Part shown: positions 47,211 through 58,952 of the stretch, one piece after another | Position numbering within the stretch: position 1 is the first letter of the stretch | How the letters are laid out: the number at the start of each line of letters is the position of its first letter | From: Ginglymostoma cirratum | Lineage: Eukaryota | Length of the DNA: 64,000 bases | Direction: 5' to 3' | Assembly: GCA_024137785.1 (NCBI GenBank) | Contig: JAHRHZ010000002.1 | Span: 4,297,329-4,361,328, forward strand | Translations under genes and position numbers: made by a program | The notes under the pieces: generated by a model | What the model was told of the DNA's origin: nothing | The model's input: the letters and a program-made list of their open reading frames with translations, nothing else | Databases searched by the model: none

Positions 47211-50200
47211 CTGAAAGAAAAAAAAAAGTTACTTGTTTGGGGAAAAAAGTTCACTCAACTAATTTAAAATCAAACTGCACAGTCTCTGCCCATTGATGTT
47301 AATAGCAATGTACTGGGGAAGCTTTTACGGCAGTGAAACTTAGTAACCATGTATATGGACAGCTGCATAAGTGAATATGCTCTGGGAGTTTGCAACTTTT
47401 GGGGGCCCTGGATTCCTTTCTTGCTAAACAATCTTGGGAGGGAGAGATGCTAGCATTATGTTGCTCATCCCTAATGGCCTTCAAATGGCCTAGACAGTCA
47501 GTTTGTTAACTGTATGCTGTGGGTCAGCAAATGTACAACAGGCCAGCATAATGAGAATTGTTTTGAAGCAAAAAAAAAGTAGATACAATTTCTGAAGCAT
47601 TTCCTTTTAAATGGAGTCCTTTCAGAAGGAATCATTAAATCCAACAGGTGTTGGAAAGCAGGTGCCTGCAGATCAGGTGAGAAAGAGAGAGGAAGAGTTC
47701 AGAAATCTGCAGAATAGAACTAAGGCGGCTTAGTCTTGGGAAGGATTTGATGTGTCTTCAATATCCATGGCAAAGAAACTGTCATGCAGTCAGTCAAGCA
47801 GAATCCTAATGAGTCAAGTGGGGTAACTTCTGGATGAATCCAGAGTGAGTAGTAGCAGAGTTTGAATTATAAACTGTCTATTTAAAAAAAGGTGAAATAA
47901 ACTCAGTATGTTCTCATGAGGTGCACGATTTGCCTGACTAATCATTAAGTTAAATGGAGCAGGAGAAAAAATAAGTGATCCATTAAACCTAGTTTCATCC
48001 CAGGACTAGACATATTCAACAGCTGGGATGCTAACACCAAGCAAGGCTCAGGTTTCTTTCCCGAAAAAAGTGTGAGTAGATGGATTTACATGTCTTGTTT
48101 TATAATGCTTATATGGGACAGGTTGTGTAGTAACTTTCTCTACACAAGGAACAACCAGCATCGAATGTTCAAATGAAAATGGGGGTTTGGACAGTCTCAA
48201 ATTCAGTCACTGCTTTACTTATTCTGGAGCTGCCACTGGTAATGAGATGTGAGTGTTAAGATACAATTATAATTTGCCAAAAACTGCTTGAGCATATCTT
48301 CTGACAACAAAATTAAGAATTTGTTGGACACTTACGTGGGCCATGATTGGAATCCAGGATAGCTGAAAGAAAGTAAATATTGTTAGTACAGAACAAGATA
48401 TGGTTTTGTGGAGCAGCCAGTTAATACACATCTTTGCTGTTCAAGTCTGTTTGATAAGCACAGCTCAGATCAGTTCTGGTTTCCCCGAAACCAGTTAACT
48501 AAAATTTGACAGTAATTATTGACATTTAAAAACCAAGTGTCAGGGTATACAGAAGCTTTGCAATAGATCAGACAATTTGATAGTGCAGTCAGAATTTATG
48601 CACAGCTTTTAGTGTCTTTATCCACAACAACACCACATGAAGTTTTTCCTCCCATCTCCCTGTTATATAGCCTCACACTATTAGTGTTCAGTGGAAACAA
48701 GCTCAGCTTATTCAACCCAATCTCCGAAAAATCAACGCACTCATTCCAGGTATAAATCTGGTAAAATCTCCTCTGTACCGTGTCCAATGTATTTACATCC
48801 AAATCTTCAAAGTACACAAGATATGATCTTGCCAATACAGTGTATAACTACTACCGTGTACAACTAATACCGTGCACAACTAAATCTTTGCTCCTTTTTA
48901 ACTGTATTACACACACAGCCCATTATAAGTACACATTCTCTATTCTTTGCCTGCTTCTGTCCTTTATTTCTACGACACTTCTTCTGTATGTTTTCTTCCT
49001 GACTGTTTATTCTTTCGAGCTAGAGTTGCCAGATCACATGGATGTGTAATTTCTTATTATTCAAGAAATTATAATTGTTCCTTTGTACTGGATACAAGTC
49101 TGCAAGGTCTTTTTCAAACAACCTTAAAAATAATTTTGTCTTACAGTACTACTCCTGGCTCAAAGATCACCACAGTATCAATCATTCACAGGGATTACCA
49201 TTTTGTAAAATAATACAATTAGGTCCAATTCTATAATTTTTTAGGACCTATAGAAATAACACTCAATATTTGAGTTGACATACTTTAAAGACATTTAAGC
49301 GACTCTTGAATAGGCACAAGGAGGAAGTAAAATGTAGGGTATGCAGGTAGTTTGATCTTAGGATAATAGGTCAGCATGACATTGTGGGCCGAAGGGCCTG
49401 TACTGTTCTATGTTCTACGTACTCTAGTTACCAACTGTTTTACTCAGATGCTGTCAGGATCTGACAGTTACTGAACTGAACATCTTGAAAATGAATGCTT
49501 GGACAATTAAGTTGTTCTGTGAAATTACATCCATAGGGACATGAGATGCTAGCTTTCACTTTTTGCCTTTTGTTGCATCGCTGGCCATACATTAACCTCA
49601 AGTTGCCAATAATCCTCTTACACATGTGGCTTACTACTTACGTTGCAAAGTTGAGAGGCGTTTTTGTGGATTGGGAGGCAGGATGTTAGAATTTAGTATT
49701 TGTAAAATGCCAGGGGGGAAAATGCAGTGTGTGGTCCCTTTAAGGAATGTGCTTTTCCATGTTGCAATTTAAACAAAATATCAGTGGGCAGTGGTTTGTG
49801 GGTTTGCAGGTGCACAGAAAGCATTTGAATTGAAACATTTGTATCAAAACGCTGTACAGTCAGCAGGCTAAATAGCAGTTCTGTTATCAAGACCAGAAGT
49901 TTGATTTTAGCCAATTTAAATCTGATAGTTTTGACAACAGAGGACCAAAACTATTGTAAGGAGTTCATAAGGGTATAAAAAGGGGCAATTGGGCAGAGGC
50001 AGGAGAATTAACTGCCACAGAGTTAGCTTTCATGCGAGTGTTGCTAGCTCACAGTTTGCTCTAAGTTTTAGAGCAAGCCCCATCTAAATCAAAAAAGGTA
50101 GCTATGGCCCAACTAGTTAAATGTTCCTGACTAAAATATTTGATGGAGAAGGCCCCGGACCTTCTGGAAGACATAACCTGGCTGTAATTTTGAGACTAAA

Positions 50201-53200
50201 GTTCTATTTTTTTTTATTTTTGGTTTAAGTAAGTGGGATGTTCTTACTGGAAGAGCATACCATTAGAATGGTTTATTTGGGAATAGTTAGTACTTGGAGG
50301 GGAATTGTTTGGTTTGTTAACAGTTCAGTTAAATTTGTTCACTGTTAGAGCTAGATAAATAGTTACTTGATTTATAGAATGTCAGAAGTTTATTTTCTTT
50401 AACCACTCCTTTATAACAGATTGTGGGGGTGCTGAGAAGCAGGTTAATTTTCACACTAACAGGTTAAAAGGCAAAGTGCTCCTCTCTGGGTGTCTTGGTT
50501 TTAGTTATCCAAGGCGGGGTCAACCTCCACTTTGTAACAAGGGGGTAGGTAGTACACAGGCTGTGGTACTCTAACTGATGTTCAGAAAACCCTGCTTAAC
50601 AGAGTGCGATAAAAATAGAATTTGATATGCCAAGAATATTACAGTTGAGAATACTGGCAATGTTACTCTAGTGGGGCAATTAAATTTTTTTTGGAAAGAA
50701 GAGGTTGCCCCAGCTGGCAGTAGCCAGTTCCCAGAGGACCATGCCTTGCTAGTGGCACTGTCAGATTGCTGGATTTACCAAGGTCAGCAGCTGAAAATTC
50801 CCAGGCACCAATTGCAGCTTCAACCTCTTAAAGCACAGTGCAAAAAAGTGTAAGGTTAAATATTTCTTTCCTATTCAAGTATAGGAGAGCCTCACCTTTA
50901 GCATTCTTCAGTCTCATTATCACGCCAGCCAACAAGATGATCAGTCCAAACCCAAAGCCCAGCACTCCGACAATGATCTTTGTTTTTTCAGATTTACTTG
51001 TGCTCTCTACTTCTACCAAAATAATTTAAAGCAGCATTAAAAAGGAGAATAGAGCCATAACTAGACTAGAATGCAAGTAGGTACAATGAATACGTTAGCT
51101 GATTTGATCATAACTGGAAGTTAATTTCCATTGTAGTACTGAGATCAGATTAATATACAGTATCAGGTGACAGGATACAGTTCAATGGGGCCCCTAAATC
51201 AATATGGACTGCAATGAGTAGAAGAAATAGAAGTGGCAAGTAAAAGGAACTCCTTAAGTGAATACCAGAAAACTCCAGGGTATTATGTTGCTAATTGCTG
51301 CAGTAATGTTCTGGGGTTACTGAACAGAAACTGGACTAGTCATAATATTAGTGGCTACAAGGGCAGTTCACATTCTAGTAACCACCACAATGAGCGGTTC
51401 CCTCTGCTGTCAAAGCTTGGGTGCCGTTTACAAAAAAAGGTAAAATCTGCACATGAACTTCCTCCACCCAATTGCTTGGATGACTGCAGCTCTAATATTG
51501 AAGCTGAAGCTTGATAACTGTTGGGTCAAAGCAACCCATGCACCATCTTCAACATTCACTCCCCGAGTGGTAATGTACCCTCTACAAGATGCATTGCAAC
51601 AACTCACTGAGGCACCTGTGAAAGCACCTTCCAAATGCACAACTTCCACCCTTCTAGGAAGGCAGATGTATTGGATCATCTCAAAGTTCCTTAGATGCAC
51701 AATATTCTGGACTTGGAAACATTAGTTTCTTTACTGTCGAAATCCTGGAATTCCCTCCAGGCGCGAGGTGTAGCTACACCAAAACGGAGTGTAAATTTTC
51801 ACCGTTGTCTTTACCAGGGTAAATAAGAAAACAGAATAATGCTGATCTAGCCACTTAAATGGCTATCATGAGACAAGATGGTGTTTAAAAGAAAAACTCA
51901 TGGGTTGTGTTCTTGCAGTCAGTGTACAAAATTGAGGAAGTTACATTTTCATAAGTCTAGATACATACACTACCTAGTCAACCTCAACATGGAATTCCTG
52001 TAACACACTCCCAAGTTGGACCATATATTGTCTCTTACCCCAATCCACACTCATTGGTGAGGTCAGGCTGCTGTGTTCCACATGGCAGGTGTATTTATCA
52101 CCATACACTGGCTCATACTGGAGATACTGGCGAACCTGATATGTCCAGTCACCATTTGATAACAACTCAACTGTGACATCAGCATCAGAAACCTTCTGTC
52201 CATTTTTCAGCCACGTGACACTGATCTTTGCTGGGTAAAATCCAACAGCATAACAAATGAGTATGGCAGAGGGCCCAGGATATGTCGATTCTTTTGTTCG
52301 GATTGTCACCTTTGGTTCAACTGGAACAGGAACAGAATATTTTAAAAGCCAAGTTAATATTTTGTCATTGTTATCACAGTCTAGGAGCAGCATGCCACAA
52401 AATTTAAAAGTGCATAAAAATCATTGGCCAAGTCCAGTGACGTTGAATTTGATCCCAAACTGCAAAACATTAAACATGAACTAGATTCTTATTCTTTGAC
52501 CATAAGCTGCAGATGTAAGTATGAAGCTCAGTCAAAATTGAGACAGTCACTGAATTCTGGAAAATATTGCATCCAAACAATCAATGGGAATGTTTTAAAA
52601 CTGACCAGCCTAAAGTGGGGACTAGCAAGATGCACCAGTGGTATGGGATGGGGTAGATGCTAGTGGTTAAGTTAATTTGAGCAGTAGAATTAAAACTATT
52701 TGTCTCAAATCCTAAGTAAATTTAAATAGCACTGAATTTTTTCAAAATTAGAGAAAAGCCATGTTGAAATATAATTAAACTACGACTGTGTTTTTTTGGC
52801 TACGAAGGCAAGTTGTAGCAACTGGCTGCATGTTGAACACCAAATATGTCAGCCAACTATACATCCTTTTATTCAAAAGTATGGAGATCTGGCTTTAAAA
52901 TGTTCATAAAGCAGAATACTGCAGATGGTGAAACTCAGGTCTGGCAGCAGAGGAATGAAACTGTTAACATTTAACATTGACTCACTCCACAAATGCTAGC
53001 AGACCTGCTGGGTTTCTCCAGCATTGTACTCATGGTTTAATTAAAACTATATGTAGCAGTGATATGATAGTGGTTGGATTGTAGCTTTGGCCAGGTTTTA
53101 CCTGGAGACTGCTTATAGAATTGATGGCTTTGGATAATGGTCATCAGGTGCCACAGGGTATGGTGGAGGTGAAGGTTTTGAGTTAGAAATAGTTGCATTT

Positions 53201-54457
53201 ATCTATTGCAGTTGCATGAGAAAGGTACCAATTACTTAAACTGTACAAGGGTTGCAAAGTTTGAAGTGTTAATGGTTCTTCTCTGCACAGATGCTTCTGA
53301 AATTGCTCAGCATTATCTTCACTAAGCATCAGTTAGCAGTTAAGCACCACTACTTTACTCAGCAGGTTTGTGTCCTTCTGAAGGAACAGACCATATGAAA
53401 CCAAGTCAAAAAGAATAATGGTCCAGAAGGAGGGGAAATGGCTTCAATACATATCTAGCTTCAGGTTTCAAAAATATCTTCCAAATACACACGTTAGGGA
53501 TGGTGTCCATGGCACTGTAATAACCAATACTAGTCAAGGTCATGGTCTTGAGACACTGATCTGAGGTCTTATTCAGTTGTATATTGACCACTGGATATCA
53601 ATGCAAACTTTAGGCTGGGAATAAAGCAGAAATGCAGTAGGGCACCAGGTTACTGAGTTGGTAACCAAGTGGTGGGTAGTTGGTGCCTGGTGCTGGCTAG
53701 ATTGGAGAACCCAAGGGAGAGGAGTATTTTTGGTGGTGGTTGGGGGGGGGGGTGATGCAGCAATGATTTCTCCAACTACAAGGCCATTCTTTTTGTTCAG
53801 TAGCCCCCGTTCTCCCTTCCCCAGGTCTACCGTATCCCTGGCCCCAGGCTGCCTGACAGGAGCCCCTTTCCCCTGATCAGGGAGGTCTGTCAACACCCCT
53901 CCCCCCGCCCCCAACCACCGGCTGGACCATCGAGACTGGTCTCCTGCTCCGGCAGGAGGCTTCAGGAGAGCGGCCAGAGGTTACGGGACGCCTCCCCCCC
54001 ACCCCGGGCCATAGAGAGAAGGTCCCGCCCGGGACACGGGGTTTGGGGCGGGGGGTGTAAGGTAGAGGGGCCCGGGTCCGGAGGTGGTGAGGGCGGGTCA
54101 GGTGCAGGTTTCCCCGGGCGGGGCAGCCCTGATCCGTGCTTCAAACGGTGATCACGGCCCGGTGTCGGTCCCCCCCCCCAATCCCCGGGCTCTCACCTTG
54201 CCGGGCCAGGGCCCCTCCGTACATGTTCGGGATGTTGTGTTCACAGAAAGCCTTCCCGCTCTCGTACTTCGCTTCCGCGCCCTCACTGTTCCATCTGTCC
54301 ACATTAGACTTCATCCAGGCTTTCACCGCGATGAACTTCCTCTGGTTATAGTCATAATACGCGATCAGCTCCTGGTCATAAACATGCTGTTCTAGAAAGA
54401 CCCAGTCCTCGGTGCTGTTAAACAAACATCTATGCATGCCAATGCGGGAATGGGCAC
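47185..54457 (-). CDS. MHC-IIB: MHC class II beta chain gene, exons 2-6: join(54457..54197, 52320..52039, 51012..50896, 48362..48336, 47210..47185); leader exon not located
   Basis: Five exons splice in frame through GT-AG phase-1 introns to give beta1, beta2, connecting peptide/TM and cytoplasmic tail (713 nt including TAA) with no internal stop. Confidence 0.96.
48336..48362 (-). CDS. MHC-IIB: MHC class II beta exon 5 (27 nt, cytoplasmic): (A)ILDSNHGP
   Basis: Acceptor tttactttctttcag, donor gtaagt; phase 1-1 mini exon as in class IIB genes. Confidence 0.88.
49684..50539 (+). mobile_element. Solo LTR in intron 4 of the MHC gene
   Basis: TGTTA...TAACA inverted termini, near-TSD agga/aggg, TATA box tataaaa at ~49974. 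Confidence 0.7.
50896..51012 (-). CDS. MHC-IIB: MHC class II beta exon 4 (connecting peptide + TM)
   Basis: EVESTSKSEKTKIIVGVLGFGFGLIILLAGVIMRLKNAK with the class II TM glycine pattern; tag acceptor, gtgag donor. Confidence 0.95.
52039..52320 (-). CDS. MHC-IIB: MHC class II beta exon 3 (beta2 Ig-C1 domain, 282 nt)
   Basis: VEPKVTI..LICYAVGFYPAKISVTWLKNG..NGDWTYQ..YTCHVEHSSLTSPMSVDW; cag acceptor, gtaag donor. Confidence 0.98.
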
Positions 54458-54600
54458 CTGAGGGAGAGAGAGAGGGAGAGACTGTAAATCACCATCCCGC
54501 CTGCAGAGAAGGTACAGCCGTCACATCACTGTCCGCTACCCACCTGATCCTCACTAAACCGGCACATCCGGCAGGTTACTGTCGGAGAAGGGAACCAAGC
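53880..54600. promoter_or_regulatory. Local GC/CpG-rich island covering exon 2 and the start of intron 2
   Basis: Visibly dense CpG and G/C runs compared with the CpG-poor remainder of the gene; not computed. Confidence 0.6.
54197..54457 (-). CDS. MHC-IIB: MHC class II beta exon 2 (beta1 peptide-binding domain, 261 nt)
   Basis: AHSRIGMHRCLFNSTEDW...VDRWN...FCEHNIPNMYGGALARQ: Cys pair, NST glycosylation site, W61/N62, H81/N82; (ct)n-cag acceptor, gtgag donor. Confidence 0.97.
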
Positions 54601-54867
54601 AGCTCCTGGGTTCAGGGAAAAGCCTTTCATTCATTTGTGGAAAGTGGGAGGTCGCTCGCTGGAACAGCATTTGTCGCTTGTGATATGTTAGACTTAAGAA
54701 CTTTAACTGTTTAGGGACTGATTTTTTTTTGGTGATTTGCTGACACAATATTCCGGACAGTTATTCCTAAGCAACAAACCCCAAGCTGTTAGAGAGACTC
54801 AAGCAATTAGCCATGTCTGGCGAGACAACATAAACAAAACTCAATTTGCCACCTGCCAGATAAACTG

Positions 54868-56754
54868 TTCCAGAGATAGTAGGAACTGCAGATGCTGGAG
54901 AATCTGAGATAACAAGGTGTGGAGCTGGATAAACACAGCAGGCCCAGCAGCAGAGGAGCAGGAAAGCTGATGTTTTGGGCCTAGACCCAGCTTCCCCCCC
55001 GCAGTGGTCGAGAACGCCCTCGACCGTGTCTCCCGCAACTCATCCCTCACACCCCGTCCCCGCAATAACAACCGAGAAAGAATCCCCTCGTCCTCACATA
55101 CCACCCACCAACCTCCGGATCCAACGCATCATCCTCTGACACTTCCGCCATCTGCAATCCGACCCCACCACCAAAGACATCTTTCCCTCCCCACCCTTAT
55201 CTGCCTTCCGGAGGGACCACTCCCTCCGCGACTCCCTTGTCCGNNNNNNNNNNNNNNNNNNNNNNNNNNNNNNNNNNNNNNNNNNNNNNNNNNNNNNNNN
55301 NNNNNNNNNNNNNNNNNNNNNNNNNNNNNNNNNNNNNNNNNNNNNNNNNNNNNNNNNNNNNNNNNNNNNNNNNNNNNNNNNNNNNNNNNNNNNNNNNNNN
55401 NNNNNNNNNNNNNNNNNNNNNNNNNNNNNNNNNNNNNNNNNNNNNNNNNNNNNNNNNNNNNNNNNNNNNNNNNNNNNNNNNNNNNNNNNNNNNNNNNNNN
55501 NNNNNNNNNNNNNNNNNNNNNNNNNNNNNNNNNNNNNNNNNNNNNNNNNNNNNNNNNNNNNNNNNNNNNNNNNNNNNNNNNNNNNNNNNNNNNNNNNNNN
55601 NNNNNNNNNNNNNNNNNNNNNNNNNNNNNNNNNNNNNNNNNNNCAGCAGAGGAGCAGGAAAGCTGATGTTTTGGGCCTAGACCCAGCTTCACCCCACAGT
55701 GGTCGAGAACGCCCTCGACCGTGTCTCCCGCATTTCCCGCAACTCATCCCTCACACCCCGTCCCCGCAATAACAACCGAGAAAGAATCCCCCTCGTCCTC
55801 ACATACCACCCACCAACCTCTGGATCCAACGCATCATACTCCGACACATCCGCCATCCGCAATCAGACCCCACCACCAAAGACATTTTTCCCTCCCCACC
55901 TTTATCTGCCTTCCGGAGGGACCACTCCCTCCGCGACTCCCTTGTCCGCTCCACACTCCCCTCCAGCCCCACCACACCCGGCACTTTTCCTTGTAACCGC
56001 AGGAAGTGCTACACCTGCCCCCACACCTCCTCCCTCACCCCAATCCCAGGCCCCAAGAAGACTTTCCACATCAGGCAGATGTTCACCTGCACATCTGCCA
56101 ATGTGGTATACTGCATCCGCTGTACCCGTTGTGGCCTCCTCTACCTTTGCAGAACACCTGCGCTGGGTTCACATTAAACAACTGCACCTCCCAGTCACGA
56201 ACCATTTCAACTCCCCCTCCCATTCCTCAGACGACATGTCCATCCTGGGCCTCCTGCAGTGCCACAATGATGCCACCTGAAGGCTGCAGGAACAGCAAAT
56301 CATATTCCGCTTGGGAACCCTGCAGCCCAATGGTCTCAATGTGGATTTCACAAGCTTCAAAATCTCCCCTCCCCCTACCACATCCCAAAACCAGCCCAGC
56401 TCATCCCCACCTCCCTAACCTGTTCTTCCTCTCACCTATCCCCTCCTCCCACCTCAAGGCACACCCCCATTTCCTACCTACTAACCTCATCCCACCCCCT
56501 TGACCTCCCTGGACTGACCTATTTCCTCCCTACCGACACTCACCTTTACTGGCTCCATCCCCACCTCTTTGACTTGTCTGTCTCCTCTCCACCTATCTTC
56601 TCCTCTATCTACCTCCCCCTCTCTCCCTATTTATTTCAGAACCCTCTTCCCCTCCCCCATTTCTGATGAAGGGTCTAGGCCCGAAACGTCAAGCTTTCCT
56701 GCTCCTATGCTGCTGCTTTGGCCTGCTGTGTTCATCTGGCTCTACACCTTGTTA
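54868..56754 (+). mobile_element. Penelope-like insertion ~410 bp upstream of exon 2, with inverted 5' piece and internal N-gap
   Basis: Perfect 14-bp TSD TGCCAGATAAACTG (54854-54867, 56755-56768); GIY-YIG remnant; inverted terminus at 54872-54988. Confidence 0.93.
56663..56690 (+). ncRNA. Minimal type I hammerhead ribozyme motif
   Basis: CUGAUGA-agggucuaggccc-GAAA-C-GUC, canonical core; predicted cleavage after C56690. Confidence 0.75.
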
Positions 56755-56849
56755 TGCCAGATAAACTGGATGCTTTATGGCCAAAGGACAAGGATTGCTC
56801 TACAGGAGAATTTAGCTTTCCGGTGATTAACTCCTTAACTTCAAACAAA

Positions 56850-57600
56850 AAGTCAGAAGTCACAACACACCAGGTTATAGGCAACAGGTTTAACTAAAAA
56901 AAAAAACAACAATCTTTTGGAGTGCATCCCCTCTGTCAGTGAGCGGAGAGGAGCCTACTGACAATTTATAGACAGAGACCAAAAGATCATAAAATGGAGA
57001 GAGACAGAGAGAGAGGAGTGTGGACATGCTGAATAAGTAGTCTCCACAGGTGATCAAAAAGTGTCAGACCGTCAGAGCAAAGTGTCAACAGCTGAACAAC
57101 AAGCTAAGAGATGACCTATAATGCAAGTAAATGAGGCAGAGAGATATTTACAAAAAATTAAAAATAAAAAGGTGGTGTTGGAAAAACCAATGCCTGGAAT
57201 AACATAATAGGTACAAGAGTCACATGCCAAGGATCTAACCAAAGTAATAAATAATCCAAAACTTTATAAACTAATTAAGGTAGAGAGATCACAAGATCAA
57301 GGTGACAGTGTCAAAACAAGACAGTTAGGAAGATTTTACAGATACTGAATAGTATGGTGGGGTCACAATATGAACCCAAGATCACAGCCGAGGCCATCTT
57401 GATGGGTATGGAACTTGGCTGTCAGGCGATTCTGCTTTGTGCATCTCATAGGTCGCCTTGGAGACCACTCACCCGAAGATCAGGGGCTGAATGTCCTTGA
57501 CTGCAGAAGTGTTACAACTGGGAGGGAACATCCCTGTCTGGTTCTGCTCTGAAAGTTTGCCATTTCCAATAAACCTGGTGTTTGTTGTGTGACTTCTGAT
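56850..57600 (-). mobile_element. Old Penelope-like element of another family
   Basis: Terminus aagtcaca..caccaggttatag..aacaggttt, echoed inverted at ~57570-57598, and a decayed GIY-YIG C-terminus at 57370-57540. Confidence 0.55.
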
Positions 57601-58149
57601 CCAGATCATTCAGACAGATAGTCAGTGCTAAATTGCACAAACAGACTACTTTGATAAGCAAACTGCAGACTAGTAGTAACTTGGATGGAAGGACATTGAA
57701 AAAATCTCATACTGAAAGACAAGAATTTGTTCAAGAACTGAACACTAGAGAACACCCTTTAGGACAAGTCAGAACTCTGCAAGGATCAGACCGTGAAGAC
57801 TTTTCTTCTCCACCTCCCAACCCTGTGACAGACCACTGGTTGAAGAGACAAAAGCAGAAATTGCTGGAAGAGCTCAGCCGGTCTGGCAGCCTCTGTGGAG
57901 TGAAGTTACAGTTAACTTTCCAGGTCATGTGACCCTTCCTGTTCTTTTGGTTTTTAACTCACCATTAGTTGAAGTCTGGCCAGATTTCACCATGAATCAG
58001 GTAATAGCTAAGTTGGGTACTGGCTTACTTGAGGGGTCTTTTTTGGTTGCTACATGCAATAGTTTGAATTATTGTTTGTGCTTGATTGAGATATTTCTTA
58101 AGTTGCCAAATTAAAGGTAACTTAGTGATTTACCCACTGCTTGTCTCTA

Positions 58150-58935
58150 GTTACCTCTCAAGTTGCTGAGGGGCCTTCTTGAACCCCTGTAATCCATGTC
58201 ACGTTAAGGTGGGAATACTAGGATTTTAGTGTTAAAACTGAAGGAATAGCAATGCATTTCCAAGTCAGGTTTCAGAGGTTTGGAGGGGAACCTACTCAAA
58301 TAATAATTTTCCATATTTGTCCAACCTTTGGAAATATGGGTCATGCCTTTGGAAGGCAACATCTTAGGCAAATTAATCCAGTTCATTATTTAGGTGGTAC
58401 ATTGCTGCTCAGGAGAATGAATTGCACTGCATCCATAAACAGTGCGAGTGGGCTGTTTAGTCCTGCATATGGTCAAATTGTTGTTGGAGCCAAATTAGTT
58501 CAGGTAAGAGTAATGGCATCATTCCTGGTGACAGACAGGGGAGTCAGGTGGTGAATTACTCACTGCAGGATTCCCAGTCTGACTGGGTCTTGCAGCTACC
58601 TGTATGAGTAGTCCCGTTTCATTTTTTGGAAATTGGTAACCCCCATTGGTGAGACTGATGACAATGCCATTGAAGGTCAAAGGGCAATGAATTAATTTCC
58701 TGGCATGTGGTGTGAATGTCACTTGCCACTTTTCAGCCCAAGCCTGGATAGGCCAAGACTTAGGATTTGCACACGAACTGCTTCATTGAATTGAAAGTGG
58801 TGCTGAACAGCATACAGTGAACATATCCACTTCTGACCTTGAGGGAAGCTCATTGAAACAGATGATGCTTGGGCCTAGTCCACTACGCTGGATTGGACAT
58901 ATTGACTGCTATCATCTTCCTATGTGCCTAGTATG
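58150..58935 (-). mobile_element. Old CR1-group LINE (second family), very degraded; further pieces at ~60130-61110
   Basis: Collinear with 10895-11900 with many small deletions. Confidence 0.7.
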
Positions 58936-58952
58936 AAGGAGTTCCTCCTTTT

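Noticed and set aside
54544-54630. MKGFSLNPGAAWF...DQ|gtgggt as MHC exon 1
   Set aside because: The phase-0 donor is out of frame with exon 2 and the peptide is not hydrophobic.
54765-54780. X-box-like cctaagcaacaaa
   Set aside because: Wrong orientation for the gene, and no correctly spaced X2/Y (CTGATTGG) box was seen.
2922-54867. Penelope target-site consensus CCAGnnnAACTG shared by two flanks
   Set aside because: The other TSDs (23164, 32052, 38779, 46269) do not share it, and one of the two may not be a true TSD.
54945-55950. Tandem duplication of PLE sequence on both sides of the N-gap
   Set aside because: The duplication abuts a scaffold gap and is most simply overlapping contig ends or haplotypes; it cannot be treated as biology without reads.
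3256-56826. Numerous 60-250 aa Pro/Ser- or Gly/Val-rich ORFs
   Set aside because: They are alternative-frame or antisense translations of Penelope and LINE copies, recurring at every copy.
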